Source of the DNA: a virus
Virus record (IMG/VR): IMGVR_UViG_3300038701_002052
Coordinates: 8,456-72,455 of that record
Length of the DNA: 64,000 nt
Direction: 5' to 3' (one strand)
In this document: piece after piece, positions 17,876 to 26,795 of the stretch
Layout of the letters: every line of letters begins with the position of its first letter
How positions within the stretch are numbered: position 1 is the first letter of the stretch
Translations under genes and position numbers: made by a program
Notes under the pieces: model-generated
Databases searched by the model: none
What the model was told of the DNA's origin: nothing
Seen by the model: only the letters and a program-made list of their open reading frames with translations

Positions 17876-18516
17876 CGGATTACATCACGGAAATCGCCAC
17901 GTCTCTCATCGGCCTCGCCGGCGTGACCGTGACGGCGTGGTTTGGATACAAGAAGGTCAGGACCGCCAACATTGAGACCTCCCAGGCAAAGAGCGAGCTG
18001 CAGTTCCAGTCCCACGCATTGTCACTCACGGACTTTCTGGGGGAGTGGGGGGAGATCCACCACGAACTGGAAGACCTGATGAAGAACTCAGAGGTGGACA
18101 GGTTCCTGATATTGAGGGCGTGGAACGGACTGGCTTCACCAAGGTGGACGACCGCCGTGTTCCAATACCGCATAGGCAGCCACAAGCCGGAATCCTACAT
18201 CCACTTCGAACTGGATGCGGACTACGTCGAGCGTCTCAAGCAGGTTGTTCATTCGGGGTCCATATCGTTCACCACCTCTGAGATAAGCGACAGCGCCATC
18301 AAGGACGTCTATGCGATGGAGGGGGTCAAAAGCTCCGCGTGGTTCCTCATCGACAAGTCAGCCGGACCTGTGGCTGGATCCGCCGCGATATCCTACTGCT
18401 CGTTCGCCTCTCATTCCGAAGACAGGATCAAACCCGAGACGATGACGAGGTGCCGCATGGTCGTGGGTCGCCTCAAGGGTGCTGCGATGCGAATGATGGA
18501 AAGTAGATCAAGCTGA
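17872..18516 (+). CDS. Membrane-anchored protein (one N-terminal TM plus a GAF-like soluble domain); holin/antiholin-like candidate
   Basis: ATG overlaps the upstream stop (ATGA at 17872). TM segment IATSLIGLAGVTVTAWFGY; located in the lysis position. Confidence 0.45.
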   Translation: MTDYITEIATSLIGLAGVTVTAWFGYKKVRTANIETSQAKSELQFQSHALSLTDFLGEWGEIHHELEDLMKNSEVDRFLILRAWNGLASPRWTTAVFQYRIGSHKPESYIHFELDADYVERLKQVVHSGSISFTTSEISDSAIKDVYAMEGVKSSAWFLIDKSAGPVAGSAAISYCSFASHSEDRIKPETMTRCRMVVGRLKGAAMRMMESRSS

Positions 18517-18698
18517 TGAAGACCTTCCCACTGCTCATGTTGATCGCGCTGGCTGTCTCCGGATGTGCCACGAACACGCGCACGGTCAACGCAATCACCC
18601 CCGGCTCCGAGATGCGCGACACCGTCGTGATCAGGAAGCAGGGCAACACCACGTTCATCTACAAGGACAAGACTTATGGGAATACCCGCAATCGCTGA
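18516..18698 (+). CDS. Small lipoprotein (o-spanin-like candidate)
   Basis: Lipobox in MKTFPLLMLIALAVSG-C; 60 aa; within the membrane-protein cassette. Confidence 0.55.
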   Translation: MKTFPLLMLIALAVSGCATNTRTVNAITPGSEMRDTVVIRKQGNTTFIYKDKTYGNTRNR

Positions 18699-19134
18699 GC
18701 TGGTCAGCATGTTCGGTGGCGCGATCGTCACCGGTGCCATGACATTCTGGGCCAGGAAACAGGAGTCCGACCGTCAGGACATCATGCAGAAGCACGAGCT
18801 GGAGATGGCCAGGCTCGACAAGCAGGCCGTCATGGTCAAGGAGGCGCGTGAGAGCGCGACCATGGGTAAGAGCTGGGTCCGCCGGGCCATCGCGCTCATG
18901 ATCGTCACGGGCTACATCTTCGGGACCAAGGTCGTGCCGGTCTTCTGGCCGGACGTGCCGGTCGCGGTGAGCTATTCCGTGATCGACCCCAAGACCTTCT
19001 TCGGGCCGGAACGCGAGCTGGTGGAATGGGTCGTGGTCAACGGCATCGCCATCACCCCGCTCGATTCCTCCATGCTATTCGCCATCATCGGCATGTTCTT
19101 CGGCTACGAGGTTGTCAGAAAGGCCCACCGATGA
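18676..19134 (+). CDS. Holin-like membrane protein (resembles the GTA 3TM holin family)
   Basis: N-terminal hydrophobic helix, coiled coil, SWVRRAIALMIV, C-terminal IIGMFFGYEVVRK. Confidence 0.55.
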   Translation: MGIPAIAELVSMFGGAIVTGAMTFWARKQESDRQDIMQKHELEMARLDKQAVMVKEARESATMGKSWVRRAIALMIVTGYIFGTKVVPVFWPDVPVAVSYSVIDPKTFFGPERELVEWVVVNGIAITPLDSSMLFAIIGMFFGYEVVRKAHR

Positions 19135-19352
19135 GTTCACTCAATGATGAGAATGGAAAGCCGTCCTCGATGCGCCTCATGGCGGTCACGGCACTCTGGA
19201 TGAGCTTCGCGCTCGCCATCATCGCCTCGCTCAAGCCCGACCCCTCGGGCAACGGCTTCTGGCTGTCCCTGTCCTTCGTCGGGTTCGCCTTCACCGGCAA
19301 GTCCGCCCAGAAGTTCCTGGAGATGATGCCGGGACGGAATGATCCGAAATAG
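19131..19352 (+). CDS. Small 2-TM protein, holin-like
   Basis: MSSLNDENGKPSSMRLM, two hydrophobic helices, basic C-terminus; ATG overlaps the upstream stop. Confidence 0.5.
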   Translation: MSSLNDENGKPSSMRLMAVTALWMSFALAIIASLKPDPSGNGFWLSLSFVGFAFTGKSAQKFLEMMPGRNDPK

Positions 19353-19424
19353 AGACTTGTCACGCCGTAGTTACGTGTTACATTGCACCTGCTAGGACGG
19401 TGATGGTTCATGATGTGTGTTCAT

Positions 19425-19467
19425 GACCGGCCCGCGGATTCAACCCCGACGGGCCGGTCTTCTTTTT
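19425..19467 (+). terminator. Rho-independent terminator
   Basis: 10-bp stem GACCGGCCCG/CGGGCCGGTC followed by TTCTTTTT. Confidence 0.7.
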
Positions 19468-19508
19468 ATCCCCTCTTTACGTTTGCGCCCGCACCTGATC
19501 GGTGGTAG

Positions 19509-20027
19509 ATGTTAGCCAAACTTATGGGTAACACTCCAGCCGTCGCGATCATCGGACCAGGGCACTGTGGCAAGGACACCGCCGCGGACATCATCAGCAG
19601 GCTCACCGGATTCCGGTTCCTGGGGTCCACCTCATGGCATGTGAAGGAGTTTGTCGCCCACCGCATGGGGATCAATGCCATGACCGCATGGGAGACCCGC
19701 AGGACACGGCGCAAGGACTGGCGCAGACATGTGGATTCCTACCGGGAGGGCGATCCTGCCCGCATCGTCCGCGAGATGGTGTCGGACGGGGCGGCGATCA
19801 TCACCGGCATCCGCACCCACCCGGAGCTGTCGGAATCCCTCGATGACGGGCTCATAGGCCCTGTCATCTGGATCAGCCGGGACAACTCCCCTGATCCCAC
19901 CAACGAACTTACCACCCGCGACGCAGACCACACGGTGTTCAACACCGGCACGATCGAGGACCTCAAGGACAAGCTGAGGGTGCTGCTCGCGGACATTGGT
20001 CTTTATGGGAAAAAAGCGAACCGATGA
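19509..20027 (+). CDS. Deoxynucleoside monophosphate kinase-like P-loop protein
   Basis: IIGPGHCGKDTAADII Walker A; IITGIR...E and a C-terminal FNTGTIEDL motif typical of phage dNMP kinases. Confidence 0.7.
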   Translation: MLAKLMGNTPAVAIIGPGHCGKDTAADIISRLTGFRFLGSTSWHVKEFVAHRMGINAMTAWETRRTRRKDWRRHVDSYREGDPARIVREMVSDGAAIITGIRTHPELSESLDDGLIGPVIWISRDNSPDPTNELTTRDADHTVFNTGTIEDLKDKLRVLLADIGLYGKKANR

Positions 20028-21129
20028 GGAGATCATCGCAGCCCTTCAGAACGCGAAGGGCAACCGCACGAAGGCCGCGCAGTCGCTCGGCATAGGGCGC
20101 TCCACCTTCGTTGAACGGCTTGGCCGCGTCGATCCGGACATCTGGAAGGCGGCGGCACCGATACCACCGACCCACCACTCCCCGCGCACCACGGTGCTCT
20201 ATGACGGCGATGGGAACGTGCTGCTCGAGTGGCGGAAGCTGGAGGAGACCGCGAAGGTCATGGACGGGTTCGTCAACAGCCTCTGTGAGCGCGTGAAGGG
20301 AAAGGGGCGTGCCCCTGTCAGGAAACCGCGCAAGACCGACTCCGAGGACATTCTCTTCGAGATCGACGTGGCAGACCCGCATATCGGCATGTATGCCTGT
20401 GCCGAGGAGACACGCGACCGTGACTACAACTGCGAGATCGCCACCCGGCAGGTCATCGACGGCGTGGACGCGCTGCTCATGCGGCACAACCGTCCCGACG
20501 AGATCGTGCTCACCTTCCTGGGTGACACCGCCCACTCCGACTCCCGCAACAACCAGACCGAGAAGTCGAAGAACATCCTCGACGTCGACACCCGCTACCA
20601 TCGCGTCGCGGACCACCTGACCAAGGTTGCCACTGATGCGGTGGACATGTGCGCCAGAGCCGCCTCCAGGGTCCGTGTCGTGGTCGTGGAGGGCAATCAC
20701 GACTGGCACAGCTCCGTGTGGCTTGCACGCGTCCTGTCCGCCTTCTACAGGGCCTGTCCGAACGTGGTGGTCGAACTGTCCCACTCACCCCGCAAACACC
20801 TCGTATGGGGCGATACGCTGCTTGTATGGGCACACGGGGACCAGGTCCGCATGAACCGGTGGAACGGCGTCATCACCACGGAATTCCGGAAGGAATGGGG
20901 GAGCACGCGGTTCCACCACCTCAAGCTCGGCCACGTCCACCACCAGAAGAAGATCCCACCCATGGTCATCAACGAGGACACCGGCCTCCTGATCGAATAC
21001 CTCTCACCTTCCTGCCCCTCCGATGCCTGGCATGCCGGGGCGGGATACATCGGATCACAACGCGGACTCACCGCGTTCGAATACCACAAGAAAGCGGGGC
21101 TCCTCGCCAGATACAACCACTGGACATGA
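20005..21129 (+). CDS. Calcineurin-like metallophosphoesterase with an N-terminal Fis-like HTH
   Basis: GNRTKAAQSLGIGRST HTH; DPHIG, GDTAH, GNHD, AHGD and GHVHH metal-binding motifs. Confidence 0.8.
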   Translation: MGKKRTDEEIIAALQNAKGNRTKAAQSLGIGRSTFVERLGRVDPDIWKAAAPIPPTHHSPRTTVLYDGDGNVLLEWRKLEETAKVMDGFVNSLCERVKGKGRAPVRKPRKTDSEDILFEIDVADPHIGMYACAEETRDRDYNCEIATRQVIDGVDALLMRHNRPDEIVLTFLGDTAHSDSRNNQTEKSKNILDVDTRYHRVADHLTKVATDAVDMCARAASRVRVVVVEGNHDWHSSVWLARVLSAFYRACPNVVVELSHSPRKHLVWGDTLLVWAHGDQVRMNRWNGVITTEFRKEWGSTRFHHLKLGHVHHQKKIPPMVINEDTGLLIEYLSPSCPSDAWHAGAGYIGSQRGLTAFEYHKKAGLLARYNHWT

Positions 21130-21365
21130 ACAACTGCAGCAACTGCGTCCATTCCTTCTCATACGGCCACCCACTTGTCATCCAATGCTCCAGTCTCGCC
21201 GTGGCAAGAGACAGCGGGCTGGAGCTGCCCGAGGCGTGCAAGGCTGTCTACACGAAGGACTTTTCGTGCATACATCACGAACTGAAACAACCACCGCCCT
21301 ACTTCGTTGGCACCGACCCACACAGTGATGACGCTTTCCACTACTCCATGTGTTACCCATCATGA
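21126..21365 (+). CDS. Small Cys-rich hypothetical protein
   Basis: ATGA overlap with the upstream gene; CxxC...C...C pattern. Confidence 0.45.
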   Translation: MNNCSNCVHSFSYGHPLVIQCSSLAVARDSGLELPEACKAVYTKDFSCIHHELKQPPPYFVGTDPHSDDAFHYSMCYPS

Positions 21366-21682
21366 AATCCCTCCCATCCCCCATCCGAATCCACTACGAG
21401 ACCTATGACGTGATCGAGCTGGATCCGGTGGAGTCGGCACAGATCCAACGCAGCGGTGAATACATCGGTACACACAAGTTGCTACGGGTCTGCATGAACG
21501 ACTCGGACCTTGCAGTGCTGAACACCCTGATCCACGAGATCAATCACGCCATCCACTGGCATTACAGACTCGAGAGCGCCTCGGAAGAGGAGGACATGGT
21601 CTGCCGTCAAAGCTCCGCGTGGACCCAGGTCTACAAGGACAACCCCCATCTGGTGAAATGGATACTCAGCATCGTGAAATGA
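21362..21682 (+). CDS. Small HEXXH metallopeptidase-like phage protein
   Basis: LNTLIHEINHAI followed by EEDMV. Confidence 0.6.
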   Translation: MKSLPSPIRIHYETYDVIELDPVESAQIQRSGEYIGTHKLLRVCMNDSDLAVLNTLIHEINHAIHWHYRLESASEEEDMVCRQSSAWTQVYKDNPHLVKWILSIVK

Positions 21683-22032
21683 AGTCATGGAAACCACCTT
21701 TTCTCAACCTGAAGCTTTCAAGATTCCGATCATGGGCGGCCGTGTTGCGGCGCGAGGGGAGGATACAGTCGAAGTGGGGGTTGATGATCCATTTGATCAC
21801 TGCGCTCCTGAGGGGTCGGACCGTGCCTCGGGAGGTGTGGCGGGCGAGGATGAGGAAGTGCCCGAAATGCCCCCTGTTCGACCCCGCCATGAAACGCTGC
21901 CGGCCGCACGATGAATCACCGCTCGGCTGTGGCTGCTACGTGCCCTTCCTCGCGCTCATGAGTCCGGGTTGCTGGGGGCGGGATCGACTGACGGAGGCGG
22001 ATCCTGAGTTTGGCTGGGGGTCATATCCGTGA
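21679..22032 (+). CDS. Cys-rich hypothetical protein
   Basis: RMRKCPKCP...C...CGC...CW; ATGA overlap. Confidence 0.5.
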   Translation: MKSWKPPFLNLKLSRFRSWAAVLRREGRIQSKWGLMIHLITALLRGRTVPREVWRARMRKCPKCPLFDPAMKRCRPHDESPLGCGCYVPFLALMSPGCWGRDRLTEADPEFGWGSYP

Positions 22033-22035
22033 CCG

Positions 22036-22070
22036 GGAGGCTGGTGATCATTGCCCGGCCTCCTTTATTT
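22036..22070. terminator. Terminator between convergent operons
   Basis: GGAGGCTGG/CCGGCCTCC stem followed by TTTATTT, at the +/- strand convergence. Confidence 0.55.
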
Positions 22071-22260
22071 GACAGTTCTCCAAAATACGTTCGGCTTCCT
22101 CTACAACCTCACGACAATCGAAAGCATTGTGGATCACAAGTGCCTCGGAATACGCTCCCCCTGTTACAGGGTCATACCACTCAACCCTAGGCCCGCACTG
22201 ACACATGGCCCCCTCAAGGTTGTGAGGTTTTTCATCGTTGATTGGGTAAACGTGCATCAT
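22048..22260 (-). CDS. Hypothetical phage protein
   Basis: 70 aa, HVYPIND..H...CQCGP motif; last gene of the leftward operon. Confidence 0.6.
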   Translation of the reverse strand: MMHVYPINDEKPHNLEGAMCQCGPRVEWYDPVTGGAYSEALVIHNAFDCREVVEEAERILENCQIKEAGQ

Positions 22261-22272
22261 TGATAAAAAGCG

Positions 22273-22518
22273 TCAGTTCCCTGCCTCGATGACAAGCGCG
22301 GTTCGCTCGGCCACGCGACCACTGGAAAGCACCTTCCAGCCGCCATCGTCATCTAACAATTCATGTGTTTGCACCTCTACTGAAGTTATCGGTATGACGC
22401 AGACACCATCACCTTCAAGAGGGTGGGTGCATTTTGACTTGTCAATGCACACTTGCATACGCCCATGACCCTCCCTGATCAGCTTCCCGAGTAGTTTGTG
22501 TAGCTTTGCTGTTGTCAT
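22273..22518 (-). CDS. Hypothetical protein
   Basis: ATG at 22518 (MTTAKLHK) coupled to the upstream stop. Confidence 0.55.
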   Translation of the reverse strand: MTTAKLHKLLGKLIREGHGRMQVCIDKSKCTHPLEGDGVCVIPITSVEVQTHELLDDDGGWKVLSSGRVAERTALVIEAGN

Positions 22519-22676
22519 GATTCCTCCTTTCCTCCATTCCAACGATCCAGGATCACTGATACTAAAGCCAATATACTGACAAAGGTTCCCGCCAGGCGAA
22601 ACCAGTCCGAATCAGGCATTGAGGTCAGTATCCCCACACATGCCGCCGCCGCCCAGATGTGTTGTTTTGTATTCAT
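22515..22676 (-). CDS. Small membrane protein, 53 aa
   Basis: MNTKQHIWAAAACVGILTSMPDSDWFRLAGTFVSILALVSVILDRW...; translated by hand, coupled to the next gene. Confidence 0.45.
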   Translation of the reverse strand: MNTKQHIWAAAACVGILTSMPDSDWFRLAGTFVSILALVSVILDRWNGGKEES

Positions 22677-22883
22677 GTGTTAAATTGAATTCCCGTCCAG
22701 GTCGCTGACGCGTGCAGGGCAGCCGGAGGTTTCCAGCCCCTCACCCTCACCTCACGCCCCCTCGATGCGGGAAATTGTGTCATGGCCGTCTCCGCTTCCT
22801 GACCCAGTCTCGGATCGCCCTGATCCCGTCCGGAATGGCGGAGATCAGCAGGCAGAATTCAGACAGTAGAATCAGTATCTGCA

Positions 22884-23282
22884 TCACGGTTTCGGCCTTG
22901 CCTTCATCACGCGGATCGTCTCGGCAGCCAGCGGCTTGAACACAGACTCCCAGTCAGGACTCCGCCGCGCACTGCTCCACTTCCCGTTCCGCCAGAACTT
23001 CTCCACCCGCTGACGTTCACTCCAGATGGACGGGTTCACCCCGCAGCCCGCAAGGAAGGAGATCACCTTGCCGAACGGGATCGGGTCCCACGTCATGGCC
23101 TGGGAGATCGCGATCACGTCGAAACGGTCGAGCCGGCTTCGCAACGCCACCACATCGACAAAGTCCATGTAGCCAAGCTTCCGCTGGGTGTGGTTGCAGG
23201 CCATGATGAAGAACGCGGCCGGCGTGAACCAGTTGATCCACCCCAGCACGTTCGACGCGATCCTTCGACGTGGTTTCTTCAT
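22884..23282 (-). CDS. Hypothetical protein
   Basis: Starts MKKPRRRIASN with an ATGA overlap. Confidence 0.55.
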   Translation of the reverse strand: MKKPRRRIASNVLGWINWFTPAAFFIMACNHTQRKLGYMDFVDVVALRSRLDRFDVIAISQAMTWDPIPFGKVISFLAGCGVNPSIWSERQRVEKFWRNGKWSSARRSPDWESVFKPLAAETIRVMKARPKP

Positions 23283-23449
23283 TTGTGATGAAGGTGGGAG
23301 AGTGTGAACATGACACCAGCGCCAATGCTGGCGTGGCCCAAAAATCCCGAGTTGAACACGGAGAGCAGCAACGCCACACCTGTCAAGACGGCCGCCGCCC
23401 AGAAAAAGAACCTGCACTCACCGCATTCCGGTATCCTTGGTTTCTTCAT
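23279..23449 (-). CDS. Small membrane protein
   Basis: MKKPRIPECGEC followed by two hydrophobic stretches. Confidence 0.45.
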   Translation of the reverse strand: MKKPRIPECGECRFFFWAAAVLTGVALLLSVFNSGFLGHASIGAGVMFTLSHLHHK

Positions 23450-23453
23450 GGTT

Positions 23454-23573
23454 CTACCACCACTTGCTGATGAAGTGCCAGGCCACCCAGCCCACCGCAA
23501 ACATAATGGCCAGATTTAAGATGAACGCCCCGATGAGCATGGCGCTGAACACGCTGTCTTTCGTTGGTTTCAT
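23454..23573 (-). CDS. Small single-TM protein, 39 aa
   Basis: MKPTKDSVFSAMLIGAFILNLAIMFAVGWVAWHFISKWW; overlaps the glycosyltransferase stop. Confidence 0.45.
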   Translation of the reverse strand: MKPTKDSVFSAMLIGAFILNLAIMFAVGWVAWHFISKWW

Positions 23574-24244
23574 GATTCTTTCTCGTTCAGGTATTTGTCA
23601 CCACACCAGTGTTCAACATAAGCGTCCTTCGAATGCCTCGGGGCGTTCATGGTCACCGGGAGCTTCTCGGCATGGCCGGCCGCGAGGGACCAGCAATACT
23701 GCTCGACCAGCGGATCGGCGGAGGAGCGATGGCGCTCGAACGCCTCCCGATACCCGTCCACCACCAGGCGTCGATAGCCCGCAGCCGGGAACCACATGAC
23801 CCCCGCGCAACCCATGACGTGGCACTCCTTGTCGAGCACACGCTCCGCAAACCGGTTCTCCGCGATGTGCATCGGCGTCCTGAGCTTCTTGAGGACCATG
23901 GACGGGTCCTTCATCAACACCGCGTCCGCATCCAGATAGAGCAGGTCCCCGCCGAGCAGTGGTAGCGCCGCGAGCAGCAGCGCACCCTTGAGGTCGAAGT
24001 TCCTGCCCTGCCCTGCGGTCACCACCCCGTCACCGTCAATGCTGTCACGTATCAGTGACTCGTCCGGCGTGACGCACAGCTCCGCGTCGAAATTGCATAC
24101 GTGGCTGCTCCCGTAGAGCCCGCCTGTGATCAGCACGCGCTTCGCCTGGGGCACGGCATCCTCCACCGCCTCGGCCCAGTCGTTCAGCATGGACCAGAAC
24201 GTCGGGTCGGAGCCGAAACACACCGTCGCCACGATCATTGGCAT
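23570..24244 (-). CDS. GT-A fold nucleotide-diphospho-sugar transferase-like protein
   Basis: LLYLDADAVL DXD motif, AGVMWF, EQYCW and a C-terminal HWCG. Confidence 0.65.
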   Translation of the reverse strand: MPMIVATVCFGSDPTFWSMLNDWAEAVEDAVPQAKRVLITGGLYGSSHVCNFDAELCVTPDESLIRDSIDGDGVVTAGQGRNFDLKGALLLAALPLLGGDLLYLDADAVLMKDPSMVLKKLRTPMHIAENRFAERVLDKECHVMGCAGVMWFPAAGYRRLVVDGYREAFERHRSSADPLVEQYCWSLAAGHAEKLPVTMNAPRHSKDAYVEHWCGDKYLNEKES

Positions 24245-24477
24245 TCCTTCCTGCCTATGGTGAACACATCGTTCTTCATGCTTTCAAAAGTGTCCTTCAT
24301 GAACCCGACACCGGCCTCCAGCTCCTCGAGCGAGGGAAAGGTTTCCGAGACCTCTCTCATGGTGAAGACCGACTTGCCGGGAACCGCGCTCATGTCCACG
24401 ATCTCGCCGATGAACCACCCCTCATCCCCGTCACCGTCCAGGCGGCGGACCACCCTGTATGCCAGATCGAAATTCAT
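24235..24477 (-). CDS. Hypothetical protein
   Basis: ORF coupled to neighbours in the leftward operon. Confidence 0.5.
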   Translation of the reverse strand: MNFDLAYRVVRRLDGDGDEGWFIGEIVDMSAVPGKSVFTMREVSETFPSLEELEAGVGFMKDTFESMKNDVFTIGRKECQ

Positions 24478-25076
24478 CCAAGGCTCTTTGGTTTCTCATC
24501 ACCGGTGATGGTCTTCTTGAAGTAACTGCTGGATGCGGTGTGAAACACGATCACCCCCTCTGGGTTCATGAAGCCAGGAGCCGCGAAGCTGCCGGCACTC
24601 TCAAGGTCACTGACCATCCGTTCAATCCTTGAGGCACTGAACTCGCCCTTCCAGATGATCGGAACCACACCGCAGCACGCAGGGCGTTTGTCATTATCGG
24701 ACCAAGAGTGGGTGTTGAAGAGGCTGAAACGTTTTTCTTTCAATCCGTAACCTCTCTGGATGCCACTCCCCCACCACTCCCCGAAATGCCGTCCCGGACC
24801 AAGCTTTGAAAGCTCCTTGGCGTTTTCACTGACCCACGAAGCGAACCCGAAGTTGTCAGCATGGGTTGAAATGAACCTGTTGCGCGAACCTGGGTAGAGC
24901 CACATTCCGAAATCACCCTCAATCGGGTGGAGGTGTTCACACGGGGCGTCCTTCGAGATGTATATCTGGGCGTTGGTCCCGTCGATATTCTCGGTGACGA
25001 CGCATTCACGAGACAGTCTTGGAATCTTTCCGAACCCCTCGAACGTGACTGTTGTATCAGGTGGATTGACCATCAT
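24474..25076 (-). CDS. RNA ligase (Rnl2-like nucleotidyltransferase) homolog with the motif I Lys replaced by Asn
   Basis: FEGFGKIPRL..VVTENIDGTNA, GSRNR, FGEWWG, EGVIV...FKK; the codon at 24987-24989 is AAT. Confidence 0.7.
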   Translation of the reverse strand: MMVNPPDTTVTFEGFGKIPRLSRECVVTENIDGTNAQIYISKDAPCEHLHPIEGDFGMWLYPGSRNRFISTHADNFGFASWVSENAKELSKLGPGRHFGEWWGSGIQRGYGLKEKRFSLFNTHSWSDNDKRPACCGVVPIIWKGEFSASRIERMVSDLESAGSFAAPGFMNPEGVIVFHTASSSYFKKTITGDEKPKSLG

Positions 25077-25324
25077 TGTAGCCTGAACTTACGGCTGACT
25101 TTGGTTTTTGCAACCGGTTCCTTGTTCTTTTTCACATAGCTCACCAGCTCCCGCAGAAACTCCGCGAAATCCGCCTCACCCACACGCACCTGGGCGTTCA
25201 GGATCGTGCTCGCCATCTGGCCGCTCCAGCGCATGCCGGCGAGGAAGGCCGTCCGGAAGCACGCCTCTTCAAACCCCGGATCGTTCCGGTGGTTCGAGAT
25301 CGCCTGGTCAATGTCGGGGTTCAT
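25073..25324 (-). CDS. Hypothetical protein
   Basis: Coupled ORF. Confidence 0.5.
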   Translation of the reverse strand: MNPDIDQAISNHRNDPGFEEACFRTAFLAGMRWSGQMASTILNAQVRVGEADFAEFLRELVSYVKKNKEPVAKTKVSRKFRLQ

Positions 25325-25327
25325 GGG

Positions 25328-25918
25328 TCAGTTGAAAAACTGTCCGAGGTTTGGTGGTGAGAAGTTCGGACCCTTCATGATCTTGCCGTCCTCACGCAGC
25401 ACCGGCTTCCCGTCCTCACCAAGCTTGGACATGTTGGACCGATGGACCTCCGCGAATGCTTCGTCGAAGATGGTGGATATCGGAAGCTGGCAGGCCCCCG
25501 CCTTGAATCCCCACGAGCTGGTGATAGATCGGATCGCCATGGCGAGATCGGAAAGCTCCGCGTGGATTGTCGGATGGAAGCCCCTCTCCAACGTGATGGA
25601 CGCCATCCGTGACGCGTCGTGCAGGTTGATGAACCCAATCTGCGGTGCCTTCACATTCCAGTTGTCCCCGGTGTCAAAATACGAATCAAACCCGAACGCC
25701 AGCAACGCGCCGTTCGTGACATAGAGCAGGTCGCACAACCCGTCCAGAGCCTCCACCTGGTCAAAGACCGAGATCGCGTTGAACAGCTCTCGGGTCTCCT
25801 CACGGATCAGCTCGGCACGCAGCCGGCGTATCTGGTGTTCATTCTCGTTGTTCACCCGCCCCACGCCGAATGCCTCGTGAAACTCGCGCACCATCGCGAT
25901 CGTCGGTTCAGTTTTCAT
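25328..25918 (-). CDS. MazG-like/PRA-PH-family NTP pyrophosphohydrolase
   Basis: VREFHEAFG, LIREETREL, EALDGLCDLLYV, AFAEVHRSNMSK...DGKIMKG. Confidence 0.85.
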   Translation of the reverse strand: MKTEPTIAMVREFHEAFGVGRVNNENEHQIRRLRAELIREETRELFNAISVFDQVEALDGLCDLLYVTNGALLAFGFDSYFDTGDNWNVKAPQIGFINLHDASRMASITLERGFHPTIHAELSDLAMAIRSITSSWGFKAGACQLPISTIFDEAFAEVHRSNMSKLGEDGKPVLREDGKIMKGPNFSPPNLGQFFN

Positions 25919-26087
25919 GTTCTATCTTAATTCCAGCTTTTTCGCATTTTTCCAGTATGGAGTTTAAGAACGCCACAAACTCTTCAGCCTCTTCCCTGTA
26001 TTCACCAATGACCAACCCATCAAAACCAAACCCTTTCAAAGAGGGGTGAGCCTGATCCGTGTAATGCTTGATTACAAATTTTCCCAT
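25908..26087 (-). CDS. Hypothetical protein (cassette-like, lower GC)
   Basis: MGKFVIKHYTDQAHPSLKGFGFDGL... Confidence 0.45.
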   Translation of the reverse strand: MGKFVIKHYTDQAHPSLKGFGFDGLVIGEYREEAEEFVAFLNSILEKCEKAGIKIEHEN

Positions 26088-26170
26088 AGTTCCTCCATGG
26101 CGCACTCTTTCAAGTCGCACTTGTAGAATGTTACATTTATTCAGTTTTCATGCTTCTCATTATAATGAAT

Positions 26171-26205
26171 CCATAACCAGTCAGTCGTGTGAACACTTCG
26201 CGTCA
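26171..26205 (+). repeat. Short attC-like repeat, copy 1
   Basis: CCATAAC-CAGTCAGTCGTGTGAACACTTCGCGTCA; related copies at 26536 and 27005. Confidence 0.6.
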
Positions 26206-26507
26206 GGCTTAGAATACCGATCAATGAACGACTTTAAGCAGTCGTCTTTCTGCGAGTAGTGTCCGCCATCTGCAATATCGTAATAGCGGTCGATCACACA
26301 CCATTTGCCCTTGTTTTCTCCGACCTCCACCTTGTTGAGATAGAAGCGGAGACCATTCGGGTGAACCCATTCCCGGTCTCGTTCGATGTCACTGGTGACG
26401 TGAGGGTCGGGATACAGCTTCCCTTGAACAGGGTTGAATCCACAAGCCACGCAAGACGCTTGTGGTGGCTGGCCACCAGGCTTAGTTGTATTACTTTTCG
26501 TTTTCAT
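26181..26507 (-). CDS. Hypothetical protein (cassette-like)
   Basis: Its stop lies inside the attC-like repeat; AT-richer than the core genes. Confidence 0.5.
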   Translation of the reverse strand: MKTKSNTTKPGGQPPQASCVACGFNPVQGKLYPDPHVTSDIERDREWVHPNGLRFYLNKVEVGENKGKWCVIDRYYDIADGGHYSQKDDCLKSFIDRYSKPDAKCSHD

Positions 26508-26535
26508 GATGTTGCTGTTGTTGTTATTGATTAGT

Positions 26536-26570
26536 GCCCAACCGGTCAGTCGTGTGAACGTTGCACGTCA
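26536..26570 (+). repeat. Short attC-like repeat, copy 2
   Basis: GCCCAAC-CGGTCAGTCGTGTGAACGTTGCACGTCA. Confidence 0.6.
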
Positions 26571-26582
26571 CACACTTCCACG

Positions 26583-26795
26583 TTATCTGGCAAAAGAATC
26601 AAGCATCTTAGCGATTGCGGCATGCTTCATCCTATTCACCAGTTCGGTGACTTGGGGATCTTTCTTCAGCTCCCGCCTTACTTGGCGTTTCAGATCTTCT
26701 GTGATTTCGTCGGCGATAATGGACGCGATAGTGACGCCATCTAGGCCATCTAGGCAATCCAGGCTATTTAGGTCTATTTCAGTTTTTAGTATCAT
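26583..26795 (-). CDS. Hypothetical protein (cassette-like)
   Basis: 70 aa ORF between the repeats. Confidence 0.45.
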   Translation of the reverse strand: MILKTEIDLNSLDCLDGLDGVTIASIIADEITEDLKRQVRRELKKDPQVTELVNRMKHAAIAKMLDSFAR

